The notes under the pieces: model-generated
The model's database searches: none
Told to the model about the DNA's origin: nothing
Seen by the model: only the letters and a program-made list of their open reading frames with translations
Program-made: the position numbers and the translations under genes
NCBI GenBank assembly: GCA_964200075.2
Contig: CAXNAA020000036.1
Span: forward strand, 1-32,840
Length of the DNA stretch: 32,840 bases
Direction: 5' to 3'
Source: Sphacelaria rigidula
Lineage: Eukaryota
Shown here: piece after piece, positions 1 to 10,400 of the stretch
How the letters are laid out: every line of letters begins with the position of its first letter
Numbering within the stretch: the first letter of the stretch is position 1

Positions 1-1017
1 GTGTTTTCTTTCACCACAGAAATGGAGAATATCACCCGCGAATTACTCAAGACGCTTACCGAAAAGCCCGTACTTTGCTTTCCTGATTGGGAGGCAGTAC
101 AAGATGGCTCCCGCCTTTTCCAACTCCGTACTGACGCCAGCACAAATAGTTTTGGAGGAGTTTTGAATCAACCTCGGGTTGATGGCTCTGTCCGACCCAT
201 CCTTTTTATCAGCCGTGCTACCCTGCCCAACGAGGCCAATTGAAGCCCGCTAGAACTGGAAGGTGGAGTAATCACTTGGGCCATTAAGCGCCTTCGACAA
301 TATCTATTTCACGTGCCCTTCGAGATCTATACGGATCACGGAGCACTTGAACAACTCGCCAAGGTTGGTGAACACAACCCTCGTGTACAACGATGGTTGC
401 AGTTTCTAACAGCATACCAGTATTCCATTAAGCATCGTCCAGGCAAATCCAACGGGAACGCGGATCTTCTTTCCCGCATACCTCTGCCGCCTACGGCCCC
501 AGCTTTTGGCCCGGCTTGCCGTTTAACGGAACCCGATGAACCCGGAATTTACGCGATCAGACGTTTTTCAACGTCTGTTTACGCCCTCGACCTCCAGTGC
601 CCGGAAACCGGTATGCATATGGGAGGACCTCGCCCTCTACCATATGACGCCGTCTTGGGTGGGTTGAAGCCCACTACCTCCGATTTTGTCGATTTTAGCA
701 CTTTCGGTACTCGCGCGCCACTCTTTGCGGAGTCACCTCCAGTCACCCACCTTATCTCCGACAACACGCGCTCCCGGTCTGCCGCCCGCACTACTCCGAG
801 TGCCCCGCCGCCACCAACAACACCTGTAACCCCTATGAGCCACCCAGCACAAGTTCCACGGACCAACACACAACGCTCCGCAAAACCTTCTGCACCGTGC
901 GCCACGCGCCGCGAACAATCTTCGCCGCGCACTGATACAACCCCGCCGCCTATAATGGCGCCGCAAACATCTCCTGCCCCCGAGCACGGATCTGACGACT
1001 CGTCTCCAGCTCCCGGA

Positions 1018-1209
1018 GAGTCATCCTACGATGGAGGGGGGGGTATTTTGGGCCATTTGTCGAGTCAGATCGTCGTTGAAAGCAGCAACGGTTGTTCGAA
1101 CAAGCTCGTTGTGGATCAATAACNNNNNNNNNNAAGGATGTCTGACACACTTATGAGCCTCTTTTTTCGTGCAACCAAATCCCCCCCCCCCCGTATCGTA
1201 GGATGACTC
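1018..1209. mobile_element. Non-autonomous DNA transposon (MITE), GAG...CTC termini, 4-bp TSD, nested in Gypsy pol
   Basis: TIRs GAGTCATCCTACGAT / ATCGTAGGATGACTC. TSD CGGA at 1014-1017 and 1210-1213. Removing the element restores the pol frame (..SSPAPG|TEIDVG..LVGSPAEGR). It contains a 10-N assembly gap (1124-1133), so its true length is unknown. Confidence 0.9.
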
Positions 1210-2933
1210 CGGAACAGAAATTGACGTCGGCATTTCTACCCCGTCGCCTATTCCCCCGTCGCCTGCCCTACCATATTTGGTCGGCTCGCCAGCGGAAGGT
1301 CGACTACGCGAGTTGCTGGCCAGCTACTCTCACCGCGGTTGGGCTCGTGAACAAAACGCAGAACCGCTATGTCGCGCAGCCATCCGGTACTTACAACTTG
1401 ACTGTCCAGTCCCTTTTCCGTCCACACTTGTGGCCCCGGTTGGAACACTGCCACCACCACTTATCCCTGACGTATACGAGCTCGTGCGTAAAGACACCCT
1501 TTTTACTGCGGATGAAGGCGTGCAACTACTCGCACGTCGGCCCACGCCTTTGACAGGCGCAATTGCCGCCCCAACTACAGGACGCACCGCACGACTACTC
1601 AATGACGAACCAACGCGCATATATGTGCCACTATTAATGCGCCCCTGGGTCATGAAAGGATGTCACACAGACTTGTTATGCCACCTTGGCGTCACCCGCA
1701 CCCTCGCGCTCTTGGAATGCTTCTACTGGTGGGTTGGTATGGAAATTTCAGCCCGCTTCTGAATTCGGCGATGTTTTAAATACCAAGCCCGAAAGACTTC
1801 ACGACAGACAGTACGCTGGCCCGTGATCTCTATGGGACTCCCCGACGCGCCCGGCCACCTTGTGTCCTTTGACTACTTCGGCCCTCTACCTACGACAGGT
1901 CGCGGCAGCACCTACATCTCACTCTTCACTAACCGCTTTAGCCACCACGCGTCTATGTACGCGGTAACCGCCGCAGATTTCACTGCCGCCGGAACGGCTG
2001 ACATACTGGTCCATGATTATTTTAAGCACTACGGTTGCCCGAAGCGACTACTTTCAGACAATGGTCAGCAATTGTGTTCCGACCTATCTGATGAGCTTTA
2101 CAAGCTCCTAGGCATACGCAAAATTGCCACGAGCGCCTACCATCCGAACGGTAACGGTGGTACCGAAAGAGTTAATCACACCATGGCCCAGATGCTCTCT
2201 ATGGTTGTCAATGACCGCCAAAATGACTGGGACCTACATCCCTCGCACATCATGTTGTCCTACAACAACTGGGTTAATGCCGCCACAGGCCTTTCTCCGA
2301 ACGAACTCCATCTTGGACGTTACCCTCGGCTGCCTATCACCGTGTTTGAGCGCCACACGTTCGACGGACACCAAGGATTGGAGCAGGATCAGATATCCTA
2401 CAACGAGCTAACGCACGCACGACAACGCAAAGCGTTCACCCTCGTGCGCGAACAACACGCTATCAACGCCTCGCGCCTAGAGAGATCTAACACTGCGCTC
2501 TACAACTTCATGCACAAACGCCCTAACTGGAAAGTTGGTGATTGGGTTTGGATCTACAACAGCTTGTCGACCATCCGCCAAGGTACCAGCAGGGCAGCCA
2601 ACGAAACAATTTTGAAGACAAAATAGTCCCTCAATTGGACAGGACCATTCAAGATCCTGACAGTCGGACCATCGTCACCATTACCAAATGAAAAAACCCG
2701 TTGGTGACAAACTGCTCTATCTCGACTTGCCTCGCGACTTCCAGGGCATAGAGACCAAGCCCCGCGTCTCCGTGCACAGACGCAAACCCTGCACGAGTCC
2801 GCATGATACAAGTGACATGCCCAAGCCCCTGCCTGGCGGACTCACACAGTATGTTCTCAACAGCTACTCGACCAAGTCCCCGCCCTGCCACGTTACAACC
2901 GACGACGTGACAGAACAGCCCCTTCGGTTGGCT

Positions 2934-3085
2934 GTGTCCTCCATTTCCGGCCACCAGATAACCCGTGGTCGAGGAGGCAAGATCGCTGTCATGTATAAGA
3001 CACACTGGCACGGTCTTCGGAGAGCGTCTTGGGAACGCGAATCCGACCTACAATTGCACCGTCGTGCCATCCTTCTGTACTGGAC
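2934..3085 (+). other. Chromodomain-like segment at the integrase C-terminus
   Basis: VSSISGHQITRGRGGKIAVMYKTHWHGLRRASWERESDL matches the chromodomain pattern V..I..H.........Y...W.G....SWE....L. Confidence 0.75.
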
Positions 3086-3759
3086 GCAATCCCAACATCA
3101 GCATCTTGCTCACAACAGAAAATATCGCAACATGCGCCGTGGCGCAGCAGCCCGCGAACTTCACCGCAATCAGGGACTCCGCTTTGTCGCCGATGGTTAC
3201 GAACTTGTACCCTCCAAGACTTGTAAGACGAAGTTCTTCGCGAACCAGCGACTCCTGCCCAAGGGCAGCTACCTTTGGTTCAAAGGCAGCGACAACCTCT
3301 GGTGGTTGGATCAGACCCACTCCGCTAACCTGGTTTCGGCCGACACATACGTCGTGCGCTTCATCGATGACCCTGAACCCATACAGCTCAAGCTTTGGCC
3401 AGCGCTATACACCACCAGCCCACCTGCACCACGCGGATCCTGGTGTCTCCAGCGCCTCAAGTCCAAAGGACTTCGCCGCGGTCTCCAGCGCAACATCGAC
3501 CACACCCACGACGTCCACGCCCCGCTTTGAACCACGCTTTTTTCGTGACTGTTGTACCACTCCTATTTTTTCTTCCGTAAGCATTGTCTGCCCTCCCTTC
3601 TCCACCGGGATCCTCTTCTACGACACCACAACAGCGCGACCTACAACGGACGACGATAAAGAACTGCTGACACGACCGCTACCTACGACTACTGGAGCCA
3701 TTGTATCCCCTTCATCTGGCGCTCGATCTCGTTGGATCACCGATTTTCAGCTTTTAGCA

Positions 3760-3887
3760 CCTTTGGATTCCCCCTAGGTTGAAGCTCTGCTCCCTGTTGT
3801 CCCTTTGGATTTTCTCCCAGGTTGAAGCTCTGCTCCCTGTTGTACCTTTGGCTTCCCCCAGGTCAGAGCTCTGCTCCCTGTTGAACC
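3760..3887 (+). repeat. Tandem repeat, about 42-43 bp x3, in the Gypsy 3' untranslated region
   Basis: Three units of CCTTTGG(A)TT..CCC.AGGTTGAAGCTCTGCTCCCTGTTG. Confidence 0.9.
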
Positions 3888-4179
3888 TCCCTGTCTTCTC
3901 CCTTAACTTTTGCTAGGACGCCGAAGCAATTTGTGCTTCTTCGTTGATCGCTAGCACGCCGAACCTGTTTGTGCTCCCGCGTTTCGGAGCAGGTGTTTTC
4001 TGCTCCTCGAAACAGTCTATGCTTCCCTTCTTTTGAGGTGTGGTAGTGGGTACGGGATTGTTGGTACGGGAGTGTTAGGTACGGGCGTGTTCCTTTAGGT
4101 ATGCTTTATTAGCCGCTCATGACTTGACGACTAAAGAAAAACCTTAGTTTTCGCTGCTTTGAGGATAAATCCTCGCAGC

Positions 4180-4699
4180 TGTAGTAAAGGTTCGTCTAGG
4201 TGGGTTAGTGTCATGAAGATGCATACTAGCCTGTTGCCATGCCGCTTCAGATCCGTTGTCGAAGTCTAGCTTTCGGTAATATTGGGAATCCCGGTAAACA
4301 AGACTGCAGGTCTGTTCAGAGTTGGTCGGATACGGATATGAGCTTGTATATTGGTAAAAGATGGCGAGATAGATCAGCTGGAACCGATATAGCTCGCCCA
4401 TCCTCCACACTATCACCTGCTCCTAAATTGCCCTCCAGCAAAAGAAGTCTAACGATCGGTGAGACGCATTGGATTGGTTTGGATTGATTGAGAGGATACT
4501 GGATATAGAATCAAGATAATCAAGAGAGAAGTGAAGGACCTATTCGCGTGAAACCTTGTCTGATATTTGGATACTGAGCAGGTCACACAATATCTACAAG
4601 TTGTAGCGGCCTGACGGTTGTACACTTGACTGCCAAGCTTGTGCCTTGGGTTGCAAGCTGTGTCCTTGCATATTATACTGCCACTTGCTCTTCATTACA
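4180..4699 (+). repeat. Probable 3' LTR of the Gypsy element (about 520 bp)
   Basis: Starts TGTAGTAAAG and ends CTTCATTACA (imperfect terminal inverted repeat, 8/10, TG...CA), downstream of the pol stop. The partner LTR is outside the window and there is no clear polypurine tract. Confidence 0.55.
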
Positions 4700-5365
4700 G
4701 GTAGTGGTGGTGCATGGATTTCCCGATATGGGGCCCCTCGCAGCTACCGTACAGTACCCCATTCGAGGAATTCGGCGGTCTGGTTGGTAAGATACCGCAC
4801 AAGGTATTCTTATCCCTGGAGGGAAATTTTGGAACTGACACTGTTTTAGGCACTAATCGGTGTTTCCTGAAAGAGGGAATCTTTTGTCGCAATGGACTAC
4901 GTCGTTGCAATCAAGTGATGTGTCAAATGTATCGTGTGGGTGTTTTATTGAAGCCACCGCTTCACCAGCTGGGCGCATTACTCCTCGAACTGTGGCGACG
5001 TCAAAATCGACGGGAAAATCAATTGTTTCGGGTCTTACTCTGAATCCGATGTTACACCCTGAATCTCACGAATATAGTGTTTACTGTGCCCGCGCTGTAA
5101 GGTGGAGCATATTGCATATGTGTAAAAGTGTTGTACAGAATATTAAACCTTAGACCGTCAGGGTAGTCCCACCTGGATCGTGCATGTTTTTTCAAGTTAC
5201 ATCGATGCTGATTCAACAGATGACCTATTCTCGTCGTTTATGAGTTAACAGCAATGAACACTGCACGGGGTGACGAAACCCTGTGAAGCGCACTGTGTGG
5301 CGCAAAAACACCCTACAGTCCAATCCCCGCGAGAAACATTGCACAGTAGGCGGGATCCTCGGCAC

Positions 5366-5751
5366 CCGAGGTACCCAGAGGGTATATATATCCGAGATAC
5401 TCCGAGTACGTTTGGTAGTTGATACCCTACTAACCCAGAACATTTAGGGTACCCCAGGGCAAGTGCCCTGTCCTGAGCACCTTCCATGTCGATATCAACT
5501 GTTGGAATACCGAAGAAACCAGATATGTACATACTCCGTACCTCTGGTTACTTGGGGTTGGTTCAGGGTATTCCGGAATCTCATTCCTTTGGAAAGCGCA
5601 TCCCATGTTCCTTTGGAATATTGACTTGTTAGCAGTCGATGCTCTCAATACCCGTACCCACCACGTGTACTCAGAACTGCAGGGAACCACACCGCATGAA
5701 TTCGGTGGATGGTTACCCTATCTATTACTCTGGGTTTCTTGGTACCCTCGG
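5366..5751. repeat. GGTACCC/TACCC-rich degenerate repeat with imperfect inverted ends
   Basis: CCGAGGTACCCAGAG at the left and CTCTGGGT...GGTACCCTCGG at the right, with many internal TACCC/GGGTA/TACTC motifs. Confidence 0.4.
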
Positions 5752-7196
5752 TCTTTGCAAAGTTCAGAAGTAGACTCGTAAACACAAATTTTGGTTCGTC
5801 GTACGTCACTAGCAGTGAAAAGCACCTGCGTCGTGCAGGCGTTCGTTGCTCAAGAGCAGGTGCTATACACTGGTCATTTTCATTCTTAATTGATGAATAC
5901 CGAGGACCTTGGTACTAATATACTCATATTCTTCCGTTTGCGTCGTAACTTGCCGTTGCTACCCGTCAAAACACACACCTGCAAGTACCAGAGATATGAG
6001 TGATAATAAAGTTATACGACATTCCGTTATTAGCCGTCGAAGAAGGACTCCGTGCATTACAGTATCGCAACGAAAAAAGGCACTCTGAAACTCTTCTCCA
6101 CCCCACCCTGATACTCACGATCCACATCGAACCACCACGAGGCAAAACCGCAAAATATAGCCGGACTGCTGGCACATCCGAAGGCATGAAAAACGAAAAC
6201 AAACACGACACTTCAAGAAACGAAACGTTAATCGACGCCACCAGAAGAGCACGTCCTTTTGACAACTTCTAGCAACAGGAACGCGGCGAGAGTCTAGTAC
6301 ACGGAACCCCAAAAGGAAAGGAGTAAACGTTATTTCGCGGCGCAAGTAATCGCTTTCATGCCGTCAGGCCTTTCCCTAAATGAACAGACTGGTTTAACAA
6401 AAGTAATGTAAAGAAATTCGCCATGTACGGATTGTTTCGGGCCTACAGGTCCACCACTGTGAACACTGAACGTGAAAATCCCTCGGGTAACGCGCCTGAG
6501 ATGGGCAGTTGAAGGAGCGGTCAAAAGGTGTCACTGCTGCTGACCCCGCATTCCTCACTCAACTATTAGAACAATCCCCAGTTTGGCCAACGGCACGCAC
6601 TATCGTATCGCTGCGATGCAGTCATCACTCGAGCTGCTCCTCCCAACGTCGTACTCATACACCTCCCGGGCGACTTCGTCCGGGAGAAGCCCGAAACCAA
6701 GAAGAACCGGTGGGGTGAGGTAAGAGGGCAGGCACCACAGTCCCGCACCTACACGCCCTCCATTGAATACTAACGCATTATAAGCCACGACTTAACCATT
6801 ATTGTTGCCACTGAAAACTGGAGGTTTACAATCACGGTCTCGTGCACCATCCACTGCATCTTTTGACTAGGGGGTGGGTCGAGGCAAACAGCCGCAGCTG
6901 GCTCCGCTTTTGGTTCCCCCGCAAATGGAAACTTACGTCACACGCAAAAACCCACACACATGCACAACCGTCTACCTTCCCTCTGCAGTAAGCTATATCT
7001 CCAATCTCGATACCTACAACTCTGTATTGCGGTGCAAAGCGCCAAGCAGATCGTTCAACCGCGACAACCCGGTGGGGAGTGGTCGCATAGATACGACGGG
7101 GATTGTAGAAAGTGCGCACACGCTAAATACCTACTGAAGTACGCCACAGGATCGGAGTGTCTCGGGATGGCAGGCGATTCGGCCGTGTTCAGGTCC

Positions 7197-7431
7197 TCAA
7201 AAAACGGGGTCAGTAAAATTCCCGTAGATTCTCGCAATAGCTTGCTCTTTAAGGCGCTTGATTCCCTCGGGTCCAAGGAGAGGCTGGTCAGGTGCAACGA
7301 AGCCCTTCTCGGCTGCTACAGCGGCATTTTCTTGCTCGGCATCGATACCCTCCAAGGCTGCCTCTTCTTGCTCCTCCAGCGGGATGTGTTCGAAGTCCCC
7401 GGCTGCCGCTGCTGTGAGCGGGGGAAGATCG
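7197..7431 (-). CDS. Terminal exon: acidic/Ala-rich C-terminal tail
   Basis: The TTGCAG acceptor phase matches the GTACGT donor at 8251. Encodes SDLPPLTAAAAGDFEHIPLEEQEEAALEG...FTDPVF*. Confidence 0.72.
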
Positions 7432-10400
7432 CTGCAACGGTTACGTGGCAAGGGACGGCGCGGGGGCAGGGTGTGTGCTCATGATCTTGTATGGCGTAGT
7501 CATATGACCACTGACCTCGCATTCATACCAAACGAGGGCGGAGCACGTCGAGTTTTCGCCGGACCAGGCTCGCAATCACCAAGTTTGAAGCGTCGTGATG
7601 TGCTCGGCTAGTCGCATGAAGAATGAGCTGCATCCTGCCAAGATTGTTCGGCCCGAATCGTACCCATCATCTTGCATATGGATGATAGCCTACAAAACAA
7701 GGGGAACCTAGTTGCGTAGCTTATGCAGTGAGTGCGTGCTTTACGACGCCGTTACCAACCGACGCCAACTCTTTTGGGGGGTAGGGGAGGGGCGTTGGGA
7801 TGGGAGGGTATCACGGAGCTATATGTGTGTGTCTTTGCAATGGAGTCAGAGTGAATGAGAGGTTCGGTCGGATTGGCCGCTGGTAGCTTCAGCTACGACA
7901 CGGATTCTGAATTCGGTGAAGGCGGAGGACCGTTGTGCAACGGGGCGGAAACTCTCATCGGGGAAAAGACTCTGGCAGTGCTTGAAGCGTAGGCGCACAA
8001 GCCCCCAAATCATGTCATCTCGACACTTGACACGAGGCAGCCAACCCGCTACGCAACACACGGTGCAGAGCCCTGAAACCCGCCGGCCATGAAGAAAACG
8101 AAGGATGTAGCCAATGCCTCACACCGCCTTCAGGCATTCCCACCCGAACGAATCATCGCGGCTAGGCCATACCTCTCACCGAGATCAAACATACGTATCC
8201 AACGCGGTACGATTCCTCCAGTAGATGATCAGCTACAGAAAATTCACGTACCTCACGGTAGGCTTGGGCGCAGGGGAGGGTGGTGTTCCGCTGGTGAAGT
8301 AGTAGGTAGTGTCCGAGCCGTAGGTTTCTGTTTTATAGGGGGTCAGGCTTCCCAGGAGCACCTGCGAGCACACAGGTATTTTTTGTGGAAGTTATCCGCC
8401 GCGAGAAAGTAGCGGCGGAAACGATGGGAATGGGGTTGGATTGGCCCAAACAGACGGACCAGCAGTTGTTCCGTGGGATGGTTCAAAAAGGCACTGCCAT
8501 GTACACCAAGGTAGTTGGTCCAGGTTAAATATACATTTTACAAACAGGTGAGACCAGGGCGTGGGGCAGCACTGACACGAATAAAACAAGTGAAAAATGA
8601 GAATCTAGGGCCAAGAAAACAACCTCGAAAGAATATACGGTAGGGGTGCACTCTGGTTTTCTGGGGTTATGCACTGAAGGAGCCTTTATCTCTCCTGCGA
8701 CAGACTGCGAATACATGAAACTTGTGTGAGAAGCAGACTCACGCTGGCAGCATCGGCCGTGGGCACAGTGACCGGGATCACACCCGCGCCGCCGGTGGAA
8801 TCCAGACTCATGCCCAGGATACTACCAGTAGCGGCGTCTTTGGTAGCCGTTACAGTAGGGCTGTCAGCGTCCAAAGCTTCGTGCTCTTGGAAGTTCGCAC
8901 ACAGGTCGTCGAACTTGACGGACTGCACATTTGGCGACGTCGGGGGGCAAGGCGAGGTTGGTGCTTTGGACGTTGGGCGGTGGAGATTGTCACCTTCATG
9001 ATGCTGATTGTATCTTGGGCATTACCGTGTCCTCTGAACGGCATTGGAGGCATCCTACGATAGGGGGGGGGAGGTATTTCGGGCTATTTCTTGCACGAAA
9101 TTCCAGGTCAAATCGTCCTAGAAAGCAGCAAGGGTTGCTCGAACAAGCTTGTTATAGATACGTGACGCTCATTCATGCCGATTGACATCGTTTTGAACCA
9201 AATACAAGCGCACCGCGAGTGTGGCAGGTCGTCTGACACACTTATAAGCCTTCACGTGCAATCAAATACCCCCACCCTATCGTAGGATGACTCATTGGTA
9301 CCACTGAATGAACCCTTCGAGCATCGTGTACAGGCGAGAGCGTAGTTGCCAGCGATGAACCCTAAGGGGCAACGAATTACGTTTCACAACAGCAAATCTC
9401 TCTAGACGCACTATTGCTACTGGACGTCTGAGCGTTTTCCTCAAGTCCAAACGATTACTTTGGTGTGTCGGAAAATGCGCCATACCTTGACGGGGAAGGT
9501 GATGAAGCTGGACAGGGTGGCCATGACATCTACGTACCACTTCTCCAGAGCGGACATGCCGCCCAGGTCGGCAGCCGGAATGATGTTGGCCTGGTGGAAC
9601 ATGTACTTGTCCCTGTTTTCGGCGAAAGCACGAAATTGTGTAGAGCAGGGATCGAGCGAGACTGAGCGGAGCGGAGCAAGCGGCGCGTCAACGTCATTTT
9701 TGCGGGGTGGCCAAGTACCATCCCAACTACTAGGACCATATTTGATCATCGGGCTGTCGCACACGGGCTAGTACTTATTGCAGAGTCTGCCATCGAAAAA
9801 TTGAACCGCATGTCCTCGTGCACCTGCGGCCCATAAGCATGTAGCGCGTAGTGGTCTCCGCCTCGGCCTTGTAAATGGCGTCGATTGAACCGAAGGACGC
9901 GATGTCATCATTGCTGTTGCAGCCGTACTCGGAGCCGACGTTCAAGCACGTCTGCTCAATGGTGTGCGACGGGCAACAAAACATAGAGCGAGGGGAACAG
10001 ACGCGAGGTCACCGACCAGCGCTTGCCCCGTTAATGCCGGGAATGGCTTCGATGACGAAGCTGACCCCGTCGACGCGTAGTTACATACGGAAAGAAACAC
10101 ATTTCGGGAACGCAACCAGAAACATTTGCCCCAGCATGATTCCTCACCCCACGGTCCGGTATGGTGGGATCCGGCTCCGAGCAGTTGCAGGTGAGGCGCC
10201 TGATGTATTCGTTTTCGTCCACGAGGCACTAGAATTTCTCGGACGACCAACAACCAAAGTGAAAACAAAAGATGGACGACGAGGACGACGACATTGACGT
10301 CAACCGGAAACATCAGGGTCAGGGAACAGAACGGACAATGGCTGACAAACAGGGATGTAGCCGTTGAAAGCGAAGAACTATGCTCGATGCTTGTGATGGG

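Larger units (their letters stand above)
1..3530 (+). pseudogene. pol: Gypsy pol (RNase H - integrase - chromodomain), disrupted
   Basis: RNase H: LRTDAS...PILFISR...N*SPLELE...IYTDH...RVQRW...HRPGKSNGNADLLSR. Integrase zinc-finger region: H..HLGVTRT...YWW...IRRC. DDE core: FDYFGPLP / LSDNG / GTERVN, then WTGPFKI. Lesions: TGA at 241-243 and 1760-1762 (both at expected Trp positions), TAG at 2624-2626, a frameshift in the A-run near 2691-2697, and a MITE insertion at 1018-1209. Confidence 0.92.
1..4699 (+). mobile_element. Ty3/Gypsy (chromodomain-bearing) LTR retrotransposon, 3' portion, degenerate
   Basis: Domain order is RT-connection/RNase H, then integrase, then chromodomain (Gypsy order). 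An untranslated region with tandem repeats and a TG...CA-bounded candidate LTR follow. The element runs off the left edge of the window. Confidence 0.93.

Noticed and set aside
241-1762. In-frame TGA codons at Trp positions as a variant genetic code or readthrough
   Set aside because: The same ORF also has a TAG, a frameshift and a MITE insertion, and uses TGG for Trp elsewhere. Ordinary pseudogene decay.
2965-3777. 270-aa overlapping plus-strand ORF
   Set aside because: Alternate frame of the GC-rich pol end, Ser/Thr/Pro-rich, with no recognisable motif.
3760-3887. Tandem repeats as a CRISPR-like array
   Set aside because: Units are contiguous with no unique spacers, in a eukaryotic retrotransposon UTR with no cas genes.
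4700-7190. Short ORFs between the LTR and the gene's stop codon
   Set aside because: No recognisable domains or consistent exon chain. Probably 3' UTR, intergenic DNA and old repeats.
7846-8072. Candidate exon behind a TTTCAG acceptor (ORF 7846-8061)
   Set aside because: The frames compatible with the upstream donors hit stops quickly and the long frame needs phase 1. 7197-7431 fits better as the terminal exon.
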